Part shown: positions 10,134-20,609 of the stretch, in pieces
Layout: the number at the start of each line of letters is the position of its first letter
Numbering within the stretch: the first letter of the stretch is position 1
Assembly: GCA_021163145.1 (NCBI GenBank)
Contig: JAGGXH010000064.1
Location: 2,197-66,196, forward strand
Direction: 5' to 3'
Source of the DNA: Candidatus Aenigmatarchaeota archaeon
GTDB lineage: Archaea > Aenigmatarchaeota > Aenigmatarchaeia > Aenigmatarchaeales > Aenigmatarchaeaceae
Length of the DNA: 64,000 nt
Position numbers and translations under genes: made by a program
Notes under the pieces: generated by a model
What the model saw: the letters and a program-made list of their open reading frames with translations, nothing else
What the model was told of the DNA's origin: nothing
The model's database searches: none

Positions 10134-10136
10134 TTT

Positions 10137-10162
10137 GGGCCGGTGGTCTAGTCTGGTATGAC
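10137..10162 (+). repeat. tRNA-Val 5' fragment (acceptor + D-arm, 26 nt), imperfect direct repeat of 11061..11086
   Basis: gggccggtggtctagtctggtatgac vs gggccggtggtctagcccggcatgac; no anticodon arm follows; contains the ATG of the downstream endonuclease ORF. Confidence 0.6.
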
Positions 10163-11075
10163 TATTAGAACGATTGGAAACAATATATGTAATGGAAATA
10201 AAAATAATTCTATGAAACAACTTGATAATCAAACAGTTAAAAAAATAAAAAATATGCGAAATTCCGGATACTCTTATTTCGAAATATCATCTAAGTTAAA
10301 AATAACAAAATCAACTTCATATAAATATGCAAAAAATGTTAGATTACCAGTAAAATCTAAGAAAAAAATAAGCAGAAAAATATACAAAAGGCAGAAGAAA
10401 TTTATTGAAAATTATGCAAAAACTAAAAAATTACCAAAGAATATTAAATGGAATATCAATAAAGCTAGAATAATTGGGCACTGTATTTTTGATGGGAGTG
10501 TTACTGATTTTAATGTTAATTATACCAATAGTTCTAAAAAAATAATTGACCAATTTATTAAAGATATCGAAATTGTTTATGGTTTAAAATATACAAACAT
10601 ATACATAAAAAAAGGAAGCGTGTTCGATAAATATACTGTTGCATATTCTTCAAAAAAACTATGTGAAGATTTGAAAAAATATAGTAAATCATATAATTCC
10701 ACATCAAATATGACAAAAGCTCCCAAAAAAGTTTTTATATCTGATAAAAAAATAATAAAGGAATTTATAAGAACATTTTGGGAAGATGAGGGTTGCATTA
10801 CAATTAATGGCGAGATACTTGGAAGAATAAAGAATAAAGGGCTTAGAGACGATTTATTAATACTTCATAGAAAAGTTGGAATTGCTTGTAGCCCATATAA
10901 TTGTTCAGATGGAGCATTTGGAATACGGATTATTATAAATAAGGAAAATTTAAATAAGTTTAAATCAGTATCATTTAAAGAAGCTATGATAGTTCGTGGC
11001 AACAACAAAGGAATGTTAAAGAAAAAGTTGTTAGAGAGGATATATAGACATTATTTAAATGGGCCGGTGGTCTAG
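10158..11075 (+). CDS. LAGLIDADG homing endonuclease-like protein with N-terminal HTH
   Basis: HTH-like IKNMRNSGYSYFEISSKLKITKSTSYKY; LAGLIDADG motifs ARIIGHCIFDGSV and FIRTFWEDEGCI; start codon in the tRNA-Val 5' fragment, stop TAG (11073..11075) inside the D-loop of the intact tRNA-Val. Confidence 0.6.
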   Translation: MTIRTIGNNICNGNKNNSMKQLDNQTVKKIKNMRNSGYSYFEISSKLKITKSTSYKYAKNVRLPVKSKKKISRKIYKRQKKFIENYAKTKKLPKNIKWNINKARIIGHCIFDGSVTDFNVNYTNSSKKIIDQFIKDIEIVYGLKYTNIYIKKGSVFDKYTVAYSSKKLCEDLKKYSKSYNSTSNMTKAPKKVFISDKKIIKEFIRTFWEDEGCITINGEILGRIKNKGLRDDLLILHRKVGIACSPYNCSDGAFGIRIIINKENLNKFKSVSFKEAMIVRGNNKGMLKKKLLERIYRHYLNGPVV

Positions 11076-11170
11076 CCCGGCATGACGTCACCCTTACATC
11101 CTTTCTTATGATTTATTAAGAAAGGTATGATAGGTGGATATCGCCAGTTCGAATCTGGCCCGGCCCACCA
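11061..11170 (+). tRNA. tRNA-Val (anticodon UAC) with ~33-nt anticodon-loop intron
   Basis: Acceptor GGGCCGG/CCGGCCC+ACCA, anticodon stem UCACC/GGUGG, loop CUUACA (TAC at 11095..11097), intron ~11099..11132 with hairpin cctttctta/taagaaagg, T-arm GCCAG-UUCGAAU-CUGGC. Confidence 0.75.
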
Positions 11171-11183
11171 TTTTTATTTTTAA
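11171..11183 (+). terminator. oligo-T tract after tRNA-Val
   Basis: tttttattttt immediately 3' of CCA; archaeal termination at T-runs. Confidence 0.3.
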
Positions 11184-11200
11184 TATACATAATTCTTATC

Positions 11201-12640
11201 ATGTATACTATACTAGATTGTTATACAGATGAACCATCTGGTTTAGGTGTACCACCATATATTGGAACATATCCAAGATATTTAGCAGGTGCACTTTCTA
11301 TATTAGGTAAAGAAATTGCTTATATAACAATTGATGATTTAAGATATCCGAAAAAATCAAAACTAAAAACAGATATAGCAACTTATAATAAAACAAATCA
11401 AGATATTAGAAAAATTATTTCTAATACAAAGAAATTAATTGTTGTTGCAGGTATTCATACATCTGGGAAATATTTATCAGCAATACCTGCAACTCTTAAG
11501 GAAATAATAAGAATAATTAAACCATTTAAATTCAGAAAAATATTAACAGGTCCAGCTGCATCAGTTTATGGATCTGGTATCCATGGAGGTAAGTTTTCAG
11601 AGAAAGTTGATTTGTCTGTATTTGATGAGATAAATGAAAATTATCTTGGGATTAATGACTATAACAAAATAAGAAGATATTCTATAGAAGGAGCATTTAT
11701 AGTAAAAAATAATCCAAGATATCCAAATTGTATTGTAGAAATTGAAACATCTAGGGGATGTCCTAGAAAAGTTGGATGCTCTTTTTGTACAGAATCTCTG
11801 AGAAAATTTGAAAAGAGGAATATAAATGATATTATTAATGAGGTTAAAGCGTTGTCAGATCAAGGTATTAAGTATTTTAGATTAGGAAAGCAAAGTGATT
11901 TTTTTGCTAGAAATAAAAATGAAATTGAAAAACTATTGAGATCAATAAAAGAAGATGTTTCTCCTGATGTATTGCATATTGATAATATAAATCCATCAAG
12001 TGTTACAGAAAATAAAGTTAAGATAGTAACAAAATATTGTACACCTGGAAATGTCGCAGCACTTGGTGTTGAAAGTTTTGATAAAAATGTTATAGAACAA
12101 AATAATTTAAATTCTGATCCAGATATAACAATGAATGTAATAGAAATTATAAACAAGTTTGGATCTATTAGAGGAGATAATGGGATGCCATTATTTTTAC
12201 CAGGAATAAATATTTTATTTGGATTAAAAGGAGAAACCAAAGAAACACATAAAATAAATATGAGATATCTTAAAGAAATTTTAAATAGAAAATTATTATT
12301 AAGAAGAATAAATATTAGACAAGTTGTTCTTTATCCTTATACTAAATTATATGAAACCACTAAAACCAAATTTCTTAGAAAAAATAGAAAATATTATTGG
12401 AAATGGAGAAATGAGATACGACACTCAATTGATCTTCCAATGTTAAAAAATCTGTGCCCAAAAGGAACTATTCTTAGAAATGTTTTAACTGAAATACATA
12501 ATGGCAATACTACTTTTTGCAGGCAAATAGGAACTTATCCTTTAATAATTGGGATAAAAGAGAAACTTCCATTAAACCAATTTATTAATATTGAAGTAAC
12601 TGATCATATGTTAAGAAGTCTGGTTGGTAGAAAAATCTAA
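11201..12640 (+). CDS. radical SAM domain protein with N-terminal Rossmann/B12-binding-like domain (non-canonical Cx5Cx2C cluster)
   Basis: IETSRGCPRKVGCSFCTE followed by a glycine-rich SAM-binding region; N-terminal IVVAGIHTSGKY domain; spacing checked in the DNA. Confidence 0.55.
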   Translation: MYTILDCYTDEPSGLGVPPYIGTYPRYLAGALSILGKEIAYITIDDLRYPKKSKLKTDIATYNKTNQDIRKIISNTKKLIVVAGIHTSGKYLSAIPATLKEIIRIIKPFKFRKILTGPAASVYGSGIHGGKFSEKVDLSVFDEINENYLGINDYNKIRRYSIEGAFIVKNNPRYPNCIVEIETSRGCPRKVGCSFCTESLRKFEKRNINDIINEVKALSDQGIKYFRLGKQSDFFARNKNEIEKLLRSIKEDVSPDVLHIDNINPSSVTENKVKIVTKYCTPGNVAALGVESFDKNVIEQNNLNSDPDITMNVIEIINKFGSIRGDNGMPLFLPGINILFGLKGETKETHKINMRYLKEILNRKLLLRRINIRQVVLYPYTKLYETTKTKFLRKNRKYYWKWRNEIRHSIDLPMLKNLCPKGTILRNVLTEIHNGNTTFCRQIGTYPLIIGIKEKLPLNQFINIEVTDHMLRSLVGRKI

Positions 12641-13644
12641 TTTATTTTATATCTTAAAAATCCACCAATTCCACCAAGGTTCATAAATTTTTCACCAGCT
12701 TCATGTTCATGATCAATTATTTTTATTTCTGTTCCTATTTTTTCAGCTGTTTTTAGTAAATCTTCAAGTTCTCTTACTTTAGAATCAGAAATTATTAGTA
12801 GTTTTAATGCGCCCATTTCAAGTGCTTTTTTTGTTTCATCTAGTCCATAAACAACATTTCCCTCTTTCATTATTTCTTTTAAAAATTCTTCTATTATCTT
12901 TGTTTCTTCTGTTATTCTATTTGTTTTTACTATTTTCTTTAATATACCTCTTCTTAATAACTCATTTAATCCAGGCTTCCCTATATGATTTAATTTGTCA
13001 AAAAATATACCATCTAACAATTGTTTATATTTTTGTTCTAAAATACTTTTCAAATCATCTTTTGTAAACCCTGGTCCTGCGATTACTATATTTTTATATT
13101 TTTCTTTTTTCCTTTCTAATTCATTTATTATTTTTCTAAAATATTCTGGTTTTTCAGATTTTTCACCTTGTTTTCCAGATGGCCCACCTCTAATATGTAA
13201 TAGATGCTTTATTCTATCACCTATTAAATAAAAATCACATTCTCTGTCATCTAATATAATTGCTACTATAGGATGCTGTGGCTTTTCAGCAGCTTTTATT
13301 TTATTTACTTCCCAAGATTTCCATTCTCTTTGGATTGTTAATGTATCTCCTGATTTAATGTTAAAGGAATGATAAGAATGTTCTATGTCTTCAGGCCCTT
13401 TTACTATTTTTCCATTTATCTTTAAAATATCTGATAATTCTACTTTTTCTACTAATAATGTTAGAACAACAGGTTTTTTACCTACTTTTTCTTTTCTTTC
13501 TCCTCTTTCTACTTCTATTGTTCTCAATGTTCTAGTTGTTACAAGATCACCTGGTCTTATTATATTACTAAGAATAAATAAATCATCATTATTTTCAGGA
13601 GTAATTTTTGCAATATTATGCTTCAGATCAAAGTATGATTTCAT
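12637..13644 (-). CDS. pelA: Pelota/Dom34 mRNA surveillance factor
   Basis: eRF1-like domain architecture; C-terminus FMNLGGIGGFLRYKIN parallels the aRF1 C-terminus; N-terminal DDLFILSNIIRPGDLV. Confidence 0.8.
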   Translation of the reverse strand: MKSYFDLKHNIAKITPENNDDLFILSNIIRPGDLVTTRTLRTIEVERGERKEKVGKKPVVLTLLVEKVELSDILKINGKIVKGPEDIEHSYHSFNIKSGDTLTIQREWKSWEVNKIKAAEKPQHPIVAIILDDRECDFYLIGDRIKHLLHIRGGPSGKQGEKSEKPEYFRKIINELERKKEKYKNIVIAGPGFTKDDLKSILEQKYKQLLDGIFFDKLNHIGKPGLNELLRRGILKKIVKTNRITEETKIIEEFLKEIMKEGNVVYGLDETKKALEMGALKLLIISDSKVRELEDLLKTAEKIGTEIKIIDHEHEAGEKFMNLGGIGGFLRYKIN

Positions 13645-13687
13645 GATAATAGTAATATTTAATACTTAATAAATTCATTCTGTTTTT

Positions 13688-14695
13688 ATGAAGAAAATAT
13701 TAGATAATTATGTTAATGGTGCATATTGTCTTGAAACATTTACTGGAAATGAAAATGATGTATATCATATATTAAGGCAATATACTAACAAAGATTTAGT
13801 AATTGCAAGAATATTTGTATATGGAATATTAAGAAGATATGGTGCATCAGATGAAGGATTAAATGCACTTCTTCCTGTTTCACAGCATAATATTATAGGT
13901 CCAATTGCTGTTACATGGAAAAAAATATTGTTTGGAAAAAATATAATAATAACTAAGGGTGGTATAAGAAGAACAAAATATGAACCTGGTTCTACAACAG
14001 ATCCAGGAGATTATTTAGAAGTATTCACTATTATTGGTTCAAAAAAAGATGTTGATAAATTTGTTTCTGATTGGAATAATCTAGAGATATCATTTGGATA
14101 TGTGGTAGCTCCATGCACAGTACAAGTTGGGCCACCTAAAGATAAAAATTATTTGAGTTGTTCATTATACTTAGATTCAGAAAGTAAAATACCAGCAAAT
14201 AAAACAGATATAATTATTGTTGTACCAAAGAAACCCACAGAATGGTTTATTTTATCAAGCAAAAGATTAAATAAAATTAATGAACCAAAAATTGCTAAAC
14301 CAGAAATCATTAAAGAAGAAATAACTAAAGAAGAACAAGTTGAGAAAAAAACATTTTATGATAGAATTGAGCAAGAATTGGAATCAGATAAACCAAAATT
14401 AGGTAAAATGAAGCAAATATTATATGAAAAATTATTTAATATATTTACAAGTGCTGGAATAGATCAAAAAAATGCTATTAATTTGTGTAGAGAAATAACA
14501 CAAGAATTTACAATTGATCTTTTTTCAGAGCTTGTGCTTGCAATGAAAACCATTTCATCTAGAATATCTATTGATGGTAACATTGTATCAGAAGGAAGAG
14601 AAGTAACAACTAGTGATCTTATTAATTGGATAATAGAAAATCTTGATATAAATCCAAAAATTAAAGACATATTAGCAGAAATTAAAACTTATTAA
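13688..14695 (+). CDS. hypothetical protein
   Basis: No recognised motifs. Confidence 0.35.
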   Translation: MKKILDNYVNGAYCLETFTGNENDVYHILRQYTNKDLVIARIFVYGILRRYGASDEGLNALLPVSQHNIIGPIAVTWKKILFGKNIIITKGGIRRTKYEPGSTTDPGDYLEVFTIIGSKKDVDKFVSDWNNLEISFGYVVAPCTVQVGPPKDKNYLSCSLYLDSESKIPANKTDIIIVVPKKPTEWFILSSKRLNKINEPKIAKPEIIKEEITKEEQVEKKTFYDRIEQELESDKPKLGKMKQILYEKLFNIFTSAGIDQKNAINLCREITQEFTIDLFSELVLAMKTISSRISIDGNIVSEGREVTTSDLINWIIENLDINPKIKDILAEIKTY

Positions 14696-14724
14696 TGTAA
14701 ATTAACATATATTAAGTGATATAA

Positions 14725-15513
14725 ATGCCTGATTTCATTCCTGTATTAACAGCTGCATTGATAATATTATTAGTATTGTTTATAGCAGTTGGTGGGTTAC
14801 CTGTATCAGAAGAAAAGGAAACTTCTCCTAGTAGTTTAACTTATTATTATCCTGATATATCTGGAACAATAATGCTTGGATCAAATTTTACTATATCTAA
14901 TTATGCAGATACAAAATTTTTAGCAAAATTAGATGGAAGAGTTTCTCAAGGTTTAATCTCAGGTGAAAAGAAAACCATATCATTTAAAGCACAAGATTAT
15001 CATAATTTTGATACAGGAAAAATAGTTGTAAATATAATAAACACAAATCTTTATGGAAATTTAATTGTAAAAATAAATGGAAAAACTGTTCTAAATGAAA
15101 GACCTAATATTGGTAAGCATGAATATTATTTTGATAATAATGTATTAAAAACAGAAAATACAATTACTGTATTTACAAGTGGTTCTGGATGGAGATTCTG
15201 GGCACCATCAATTTATGATTTAAATCTAAGTTTATATATGGAGACATTGGATATTAATAAAAAGTCATTTAAATTTGATCTAGATGGTAAGCCTGAAAGA
15301 GCAAGAATTGCTATTTTTGGAGACAGAATTAAAGGTGAAGGAGAAATAGTAATTAAGATTAATGATATAAAGGTGTACAAAGGTTATTTAAATGCTTATA
15401 AATATTTTGATCCAGATATTTTAAATATAGGTGAAAATTATGTTGATATATATTCTGAACAAAATTCAGAATATAATATATATTCAGCTAAAATAATATT
15501 GTGGGATGAATAA
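14725..15513 (+). CDS. membrane-anchored secreted protein (N-terminal TM helix)
   Basis: MPDFIPVLTAALIILLVLFIAVGG then a hydrophilic domain with NxS/T sequons. Confidence 0.4.
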   Translation: MPDFIPVLTAALIILLVLFIAVGGLPVSEEKETSPSSLTYYYPDISGTIMLGSNFTISNYADTKFLAKLDGRVSQGLISGEKKTISFKAQDYHNFDTGKIVVNIINTNLYGNLIVKINGKTVLNERPNIGKHEYYFDNNVLKTENTITVFTSGSGWRFWAPSIYDLNLSLYMETLDINKKSFKFDLDGKPERARIAIFGDRIKGEGEIVIKINDIKVYKGYLNAYKYFDPDILNIGENYVDIYSEQNSEYNIYSAKIILWDE

Positions 15514-15515
15514 TA

Positions 15516-17864
15516 ATGGCAGATGAAAGCAATGAAAAGAAAAAAGAAGGTTATTTAGAAAACGATGAGTTAGAGGAACCAAAAGAGAAAGTACCATCAA
15601 GATTAGCTGCTATTGGTAAACAAATCTGTCCAAAATGCGGAGCAATAAATCCTAGAAATAAACTTGTTTGTATAAAATGTGGTGCATTTCTTCCAAAAGC
15701 TTATAAAAAAGCTTCAGAAGCAAGATATGAATCTGCAGAAAAATGGAAATCTAGGTTTGGTGGTTTTGGAGAAAAAATAAAAGAATATATGCATATCATA
15801 ATCATACCAATCATACTTGGTATAATAGCTATATTATTTGGCTTTATATTTTTTGGTTCAGCATTATTTTTAATAGGATTTTATTTTGCTGCACCATATT
15901 CAAGTTATGCAAGAGGGCCATTAAAATTATTTATTTTATCTTTAATATATTTAGAATTTACAATTTTACATCCTCAAATATTAATAACTTTAATTGTTTT
16001 ATTTATAGGATATTTTTCAATGCCAACTGGTTATAGAGAATCAAGAAAATATAAAGCAGCAGAAGCATGGGGAAGAATATTTATAGGATATCTTGTGGCT
16101 ATTACCTTATATTCAGCATTGGGTGGAGCAACATCATTATATGTAATTCCATTATTAACATTATCACCAATTCAGGCGCCTTTATTTTTAATTTCATTTG
16201 CATTTTTCTTTGTATTGCCTGAAGTGAAGCCTGAAGGAGGAAGCATCAATATATATATGGGTCTTAAAGGAATTCCCCAAACTGTTGCTGGAAAAAGCAT
16301 TGGTGCAATAATATTTGTAACAATAATGTCAATAGCATTGTTATTTATATTAAATTCGTGGAAATTAGCAGAAACATCAACATTTACAATATCTATTTTC
16401 TGGATATTATCATTGATAATGGGTTTATTATCTGGTAGAGAAGGAAGACCATATACAGGAATAATAATGTTGGGAATTGCATTGCTCATGTTTTCAGTAC
16501 AATTTACAGGTGTTGTTGGAACAAATATATTTGGTCCATATTGGCCAACTGTTGAGCACTATACATCAGCAATAATAGAACCTATTAATAATGCAATTGA
16601 AAATGCTGCAAGTGGTGCAGAAGATGCATGGCTAATGATAACTTGTCCTCAATGTTATCAAGCTAAACAACAAAAAATGCAACAAATTGGAACAGGAAGA
16701 GTAAAACCAAGAGGAACTGTAAGATCAATAGAATTATCTAATTTTAATGCAATAAACTATGGAAGTGCAACACCAATAATAGATCCAGCACTTCCTTTAA
16801 TTGGAACAATAGAATTATCAAATAAAGGAGAATTTACAGGAAGAAACATTAAAGTTAAATTAGGTAAAGATGGTTCTGGTTATGTTTTATTAAAGGATCC
16901 TCAAAAAACAGGTGCAGCATATGATACATCTGTTTATTGCGATCCTAATAAAGGAAAAGAGTGTACATACACAGAACTTGAACATGATTTATGTACATTT
17001 ACATCATGTTTAGATTCAAATGAATATTATGACAATGTATTTGAAAAAAATAATCTAGTAACATCTTGTACATGGGATGAATCATTACCAGGAGATTTAA
17101 AAATGATGACATTTAAATGTGGTGATCCAAGCAAAGATTATTCTAAATGGACAGATCTTTCAATATTTGATCCAAATGCACCACCTGGATATGAAATATA
17201 TTTATATGGTCAAATGTTTGCAACAATTTTAATGGAGTATGAATTTGATTATGATGTAAATACATCTCTTGGAATAACTATAATGGATACACAATTGTTT
17301 ATAGATAAATTATCAAGAAAAGAAATAATACCAAAAGAAGAAACATCTGTATATACAGGTGGTCCAGTTCAATTAAATATATGGACACCAAAACAACCAT
17401 TAAGAGACATGGAAGAATCATATATAAGAATATCTGGAATTAATAAAGAAGATGGTGTTGTAGAAAAAGGAAGTGAACTTATTATAAAAATACCTGCAGA
17501 AAATATACCATTTGAATCTAGACCATTAATAGTAAGTAATACAGGTTTAGAAACTACAGAAAATAAATTGATTTATATCTGTAATGATAATACAGAAGTA
17601 GAAGTAAGTTCTATTCAAGAAGAAGAAAGTGCGTGTAGTAATAATGGTGGTGTAAAAGAATCATATTATGAAATAACAGGAACATTATCAAATGACTTAA
17701 ATAAAAATGACTTATTTACAATATTATTATCATTTAAATATTATTTGCCAGATCAAGTAGATGAAAAATCATTTATTCCTGTAGCAACATTTACTTATAC
17801 ATATAAAACAGATAAAAAAATTGAATTGCAAATAGCGAATGCACCAATAACAGGTGCTGGCTAA
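15516..17864 (+). CDS. large membrane protein: N-terminal cytoplasmic zinc ribbon, multi-TM core, Cys-rich extracellular C-domain
   Basis: CPKCGAINPRNKLVCIKCGA; several long hydrophobic segments; C-terminal ~450 aa with paired Cys and NxT sequons. Confidence 0.45.
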   Translation: MADESNEKKKEGYLENDELEEPKEKVPSRLAAIGKQICPKCGAINPRNKLVCIKCGAFLPKAYKKASEARYESAEKWKSRFGGFGEKIKEYMHIIIIPIILGIIAILFGFIFFGSALFLIGFYFAAPYSSYARGPLKLFILSLIYLEFTILHPQILITLIVLFIGYFSMPTGYRESRKYKAAEAWGRIFIGYLVAITLYSALGGATSLYVIPLLTLSPIQAPLFLISFAFFFVLPEVKPEGGSINIYMGLKGIPQTVAGKSIGAIIFVTIMSIALLFILNSWKLAETSTFTISIFWILSLIMGLLSGREGRPYTGIIMLGIALLMFSVQFTGVVGTNIFGPYWPTVEHYTSAIIEPINNAIENAASGAEDAWLMITCPQCYQAKQQKMQQIGTGRVKPRGTVRSIELSNFNAINYGSATPIIDPALPLIGTIELSNKGEFTGRNIKVKLGKDGSGYVLLKDPQKTGAAYDTSVYCDPNKGKECTYTELEHDLCTFTSCLDSNEYYDNVFEKNNLVTSCTWDESLPGDLKMMTFKCGDPSKDYSKWTDLSIFDPNAPPGYEIYLYGQMFATILMEYEFDYDVNTSLGITIMDTQLFIDKLSRKEIIPKEETSVYTGGPVQLNIWTPKQPLRDMEESYIRISGINKEDGVVEKGSELIIKIPAENIPFESRPLIVSNTGLETTENKLIYICNDNTEVEVSSIQEEESACSNNGGVKESYYEITGTLSNDLNKNDLFTILLSFKYYLPDQVDEKSFIPVATFTYTYKTDKKIELQIANAPITGAG

Positions 17865-17905
17865 CATTTATAATTAAATTATACTAAATAATAGTAGGTG
17901 ATGAT

Positions 17906-19741
17906 GTGAATATTAAATATTTGATTCCAATTTTTGCAATAGTTTCAATTGTTTTTGTTTCAGGTTGTATTGAAGGTTTTGATCTTTCTAGAATGGGTTT
18001 TGAAACATCAGGACCATTATCAGAACAATCTGCAGATATATTAGTAACAAAAAATATTCAGACAATCCCATCATCACCTATTTTAGCTGGAAATGAATTT
18101 TCAACAATATTTGAGCTTAAAAATAATGATAATATCAAAACAATTGAAAATGCACAAATAAAATTATTTGATTGGGGTGCATGTACACCATTAATAGATG
18201 AATTTGTTCCAAGTGGATGGGAAAAACCAGGTTCATATTATATTTACACATATGATAGTTTAGCACCAACTCAAGAAGAAAGAATTGAAATGGTATTTAA
18301 AGCACCTGACAATCAAAGAATAGGATATTTAGATGCTGATTGTAATATAAAATGGGAAACATCATATAATTTTAAAGCAATATCACAAGATGATTTTACA
18401 ATAATTTCAAAAACAAGATTAAAAGAATTGCAAAGAGCAGGTCAATCTTGGCAAGGAACAGATCAACCACAATATGTTGGTATAGGTCCAATTAAACTTT
18501 ATTTTGATTTTAAAACACCAATGCCTGTACAAAGTAAGGGCTCTATTCAATTTTCTGTAAAAGCAGTTGATAAAGGTTCTGGAACATTTGCAACTATACC
18601 AAAAGGTTTATTGCAAATAAGAGTTCCTGAAGACTGGTTAGAATATGATGAAAACGGGAACTTATTAAGTGGCTGTACAAGATTTGAACAAGCTTCTGGT
18701 GCTACTGGTGATGTTTTATTGCAAAAAACAGGAAGCTTTGTAATAATGCCAATGGCAGAATTGCAAACAGAAGAAGCTGGTGGAAAATATTGTGTATATT
18801 ATCCAATTGACACAAATCCTAATGCAGAAACAATTTTACAAAATGGTGAAACAAAGACATATTTATTAGAGACAAGTGATTTATCTAATATAAATAGTAT
18901 TACTCTTTCAGTAAAGAAACTTAGTCATAAAATCCGTAAATCTATTATTATTAAAATATTAGAAGATGGTAGAGAAATACATTACCAATCTTATATCTTG
19001 CCATTAGAAGGAGATGCAAATATTGAGTTAAATAAAAATATAGTATTAGTAAAAGGAAGAAAATATGAGCTATCAATTGAAAATCCTTATACACAATCTA
19101 AGACAGATGTTTATTTCTACAATGGAAAACAATATACACCATATTATAAATTATGTGGATCTGCAAGAGCAAAATATTTTGCTCAATCAGAGGCAAAAAC
19201 ATGGATAATTTCAGGAACAGAATATACTATAAATATGGTAGAGATATCATCTCCTAATGAAATAACATTTTATATAGATCCAAGTATAAATAATAAAAAT
19301 ATTATTACACTAAATCTTGGAGATGAAATTTCTATTGATGAAAGCAATAAATTAATATTTAGTGAATATGATAAGGCAACTGGCAAAGTTAAATTAGAAT
19401 TATTTGAAACAGGCACAGAAGTATCAGTAGTAGAATGCCAAACAAATGAAGATTGTGAAGAAGGATTTGAATGTAAAGATGGTCAATGTGTTGAAATATC
19501 AGCAACAACGCCAAGTGAAGTACCAGTTACAATAGAACAAGGATATGTAACATTTGTAAATTCTGTTCCAATAAATCTAATACAAGGTAAAACACCAGAA
19601 ATATTATGTAAATTTAAGGCACCTGATTTAGATGAGGAACAAATACCAGAAAAAACATATACTGTATTTGCAGAAATACCTGAGTATACATATAAAATAA
19701 CAAATTCAAAAACAGTTAGAATAAAACCAACAGTTGAATAA
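17906..19741 (+). CDS. secreted lipoprotein-like surface protein
   Basis: Signal peptide ending in lipobox-like VSGC (IPIFAIVSIVFVSGCIEG); Cys-knot-like CQTNEDCEEGFECKDGQC. Confidence 0.45.
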   Translation: MNIKYLIPIFAIVSIVFVSGCIEGFDLSRMGFETSGPLSEQSADILVTKNIQTIPSSPILAGNEFSTIFELKNNDNIKTIENAQIKLFDWGACTPLIDEFVPSGWEKPGSYYIYTYDSLAPTQEERIEMVFKAPDNQRIGYLDADCNIKWETSYNFKAISQDDFTIISKTRLKELQRAGQSWQGTDQPQYVGIGPIKLYFDFKTPMPVQSKGSIQFSVKAVDKGSGTFATIPKGLLQIRVPEDWLEYDENGNLLSGCTRFEQASGATGDVLLQKTGSFVIMPMAELQTEEAGGKYCVYYPIDTNPNAETILQNGETKTYLLETSDLSNINSITLSVKKLSHKIRKSIIIKILEDGREIHYQSYILPLEGDANIELNKNIVLVKGRKYELSIENPYTQSKTDVYFYNGKQYTPYYKLCGSARAKYFAQSEAKTWIISGTEYTINMVEISSPNEITFYIDPSINNKNIITLNLGDEISIDESNKLIFSEYDKATGKVKLELFETGTEVSVVECQTNEDCEEGFECKDGQCVEISATTPSEVPVTIEQGYVTFVNSVPINLIQGKTPEILCKFKAPDLDEEQIPEKTYTVFAEIPEYTYKITNSKTVRIKPTVE

Positions 19742-20597
19742 AATGAAAAAAATATTTTTTCCTTTATTATTGTCAATTGTAGTTATTTCAGGATGTATTA
19801 GTATTCCTGGTATTGGAAAGGCAAGTATAGGTGAGCAAGGAATATTTAATATCCAAAATCCTGATATTAGCATAGATATAAAACCATCTACAACTGAAGT
19901 TAAATCAGGAAGACAAATAAGTTTAAAATTTCATTTAACAAGTAATCAAAATGATTTGTTTAATATTTTACTTAATGTATATGATCAATGTATATTTACT
20001 GGTGATAATTTATATTCAATAGATAGTTTAAAGCATGGTAGATCAAAATCATGGATATGGAGATGGAAAGCTGGAAGCACAGAATTTCCTATGAATTGTA
20101 AAATAAAATATAGAGTATCATATATATCTAATTTCACATTATTTCATGATATAATATCAATGAAAGAATCTGAATATTATTCAAGACAAGAAAGAGGAAC
20201 TTTAAATGAAATAAAACTATTATCAAATAGTACAACCAATCCTTTAGACATTAAAATAAGATTCTCAGAACAACAACCATTTATTGAAGGAGAAGAATAT
20301 AATATGTATATTGATTATTCTTATTCAGGTAATGGATATATTGAGAAATTAGAAAATGTTACTATAAAAATTCCAGATTTCATAAATGATATAAAATGCA
20401 GTGGTTATGATTATGATAAAGAAACCCATACACTTAAATTAAATAGAGATCTTAATTTTTATAATAAAAAAGGTCCACAAACAACATGCACATTTACAAC
20501 ACAATTATCAGATCCATTGGAAATACAAAAAATTACATTAACAGCAAACTATATATATAAGTTTGACAATTCATTATTAATAAATGTAAAACCTTAA
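19734..20597 (+). CDS. secreted lipoprotein-like protein
   Basis: Signal peptide with ISGC motif (FFPLLLSIVVISGCISIPG). Confidence 0.45.
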   Translation: MNKMKKIFFPLLLSIVVISGCISIPGIGKASIGEQGIFNIQNPDISIDIKPSTTEVKSGRQISLKFHLTSNQNDLFNILLNVYDQCIFTGDNLYSIDSLKHGRSKSWIWRWKAGSTEFPMNCKIKYRVSYISNFTLFHDIISMKESEYYSRQERGTLNEIKLLSNSTTNPLDIKIRFSEQQPFIEGEEYNMYIDYSYSGNGYIEKLENVTIKIPDFINDIKCSGYDYDKETHTLKLNRDLNFYNKKGPQTTCTFTTQLSDPLEIQKITLTANYIYKFDNSLLINVKP

Positions 20598-20609
20598 ATG
20601 TGATTAAAA

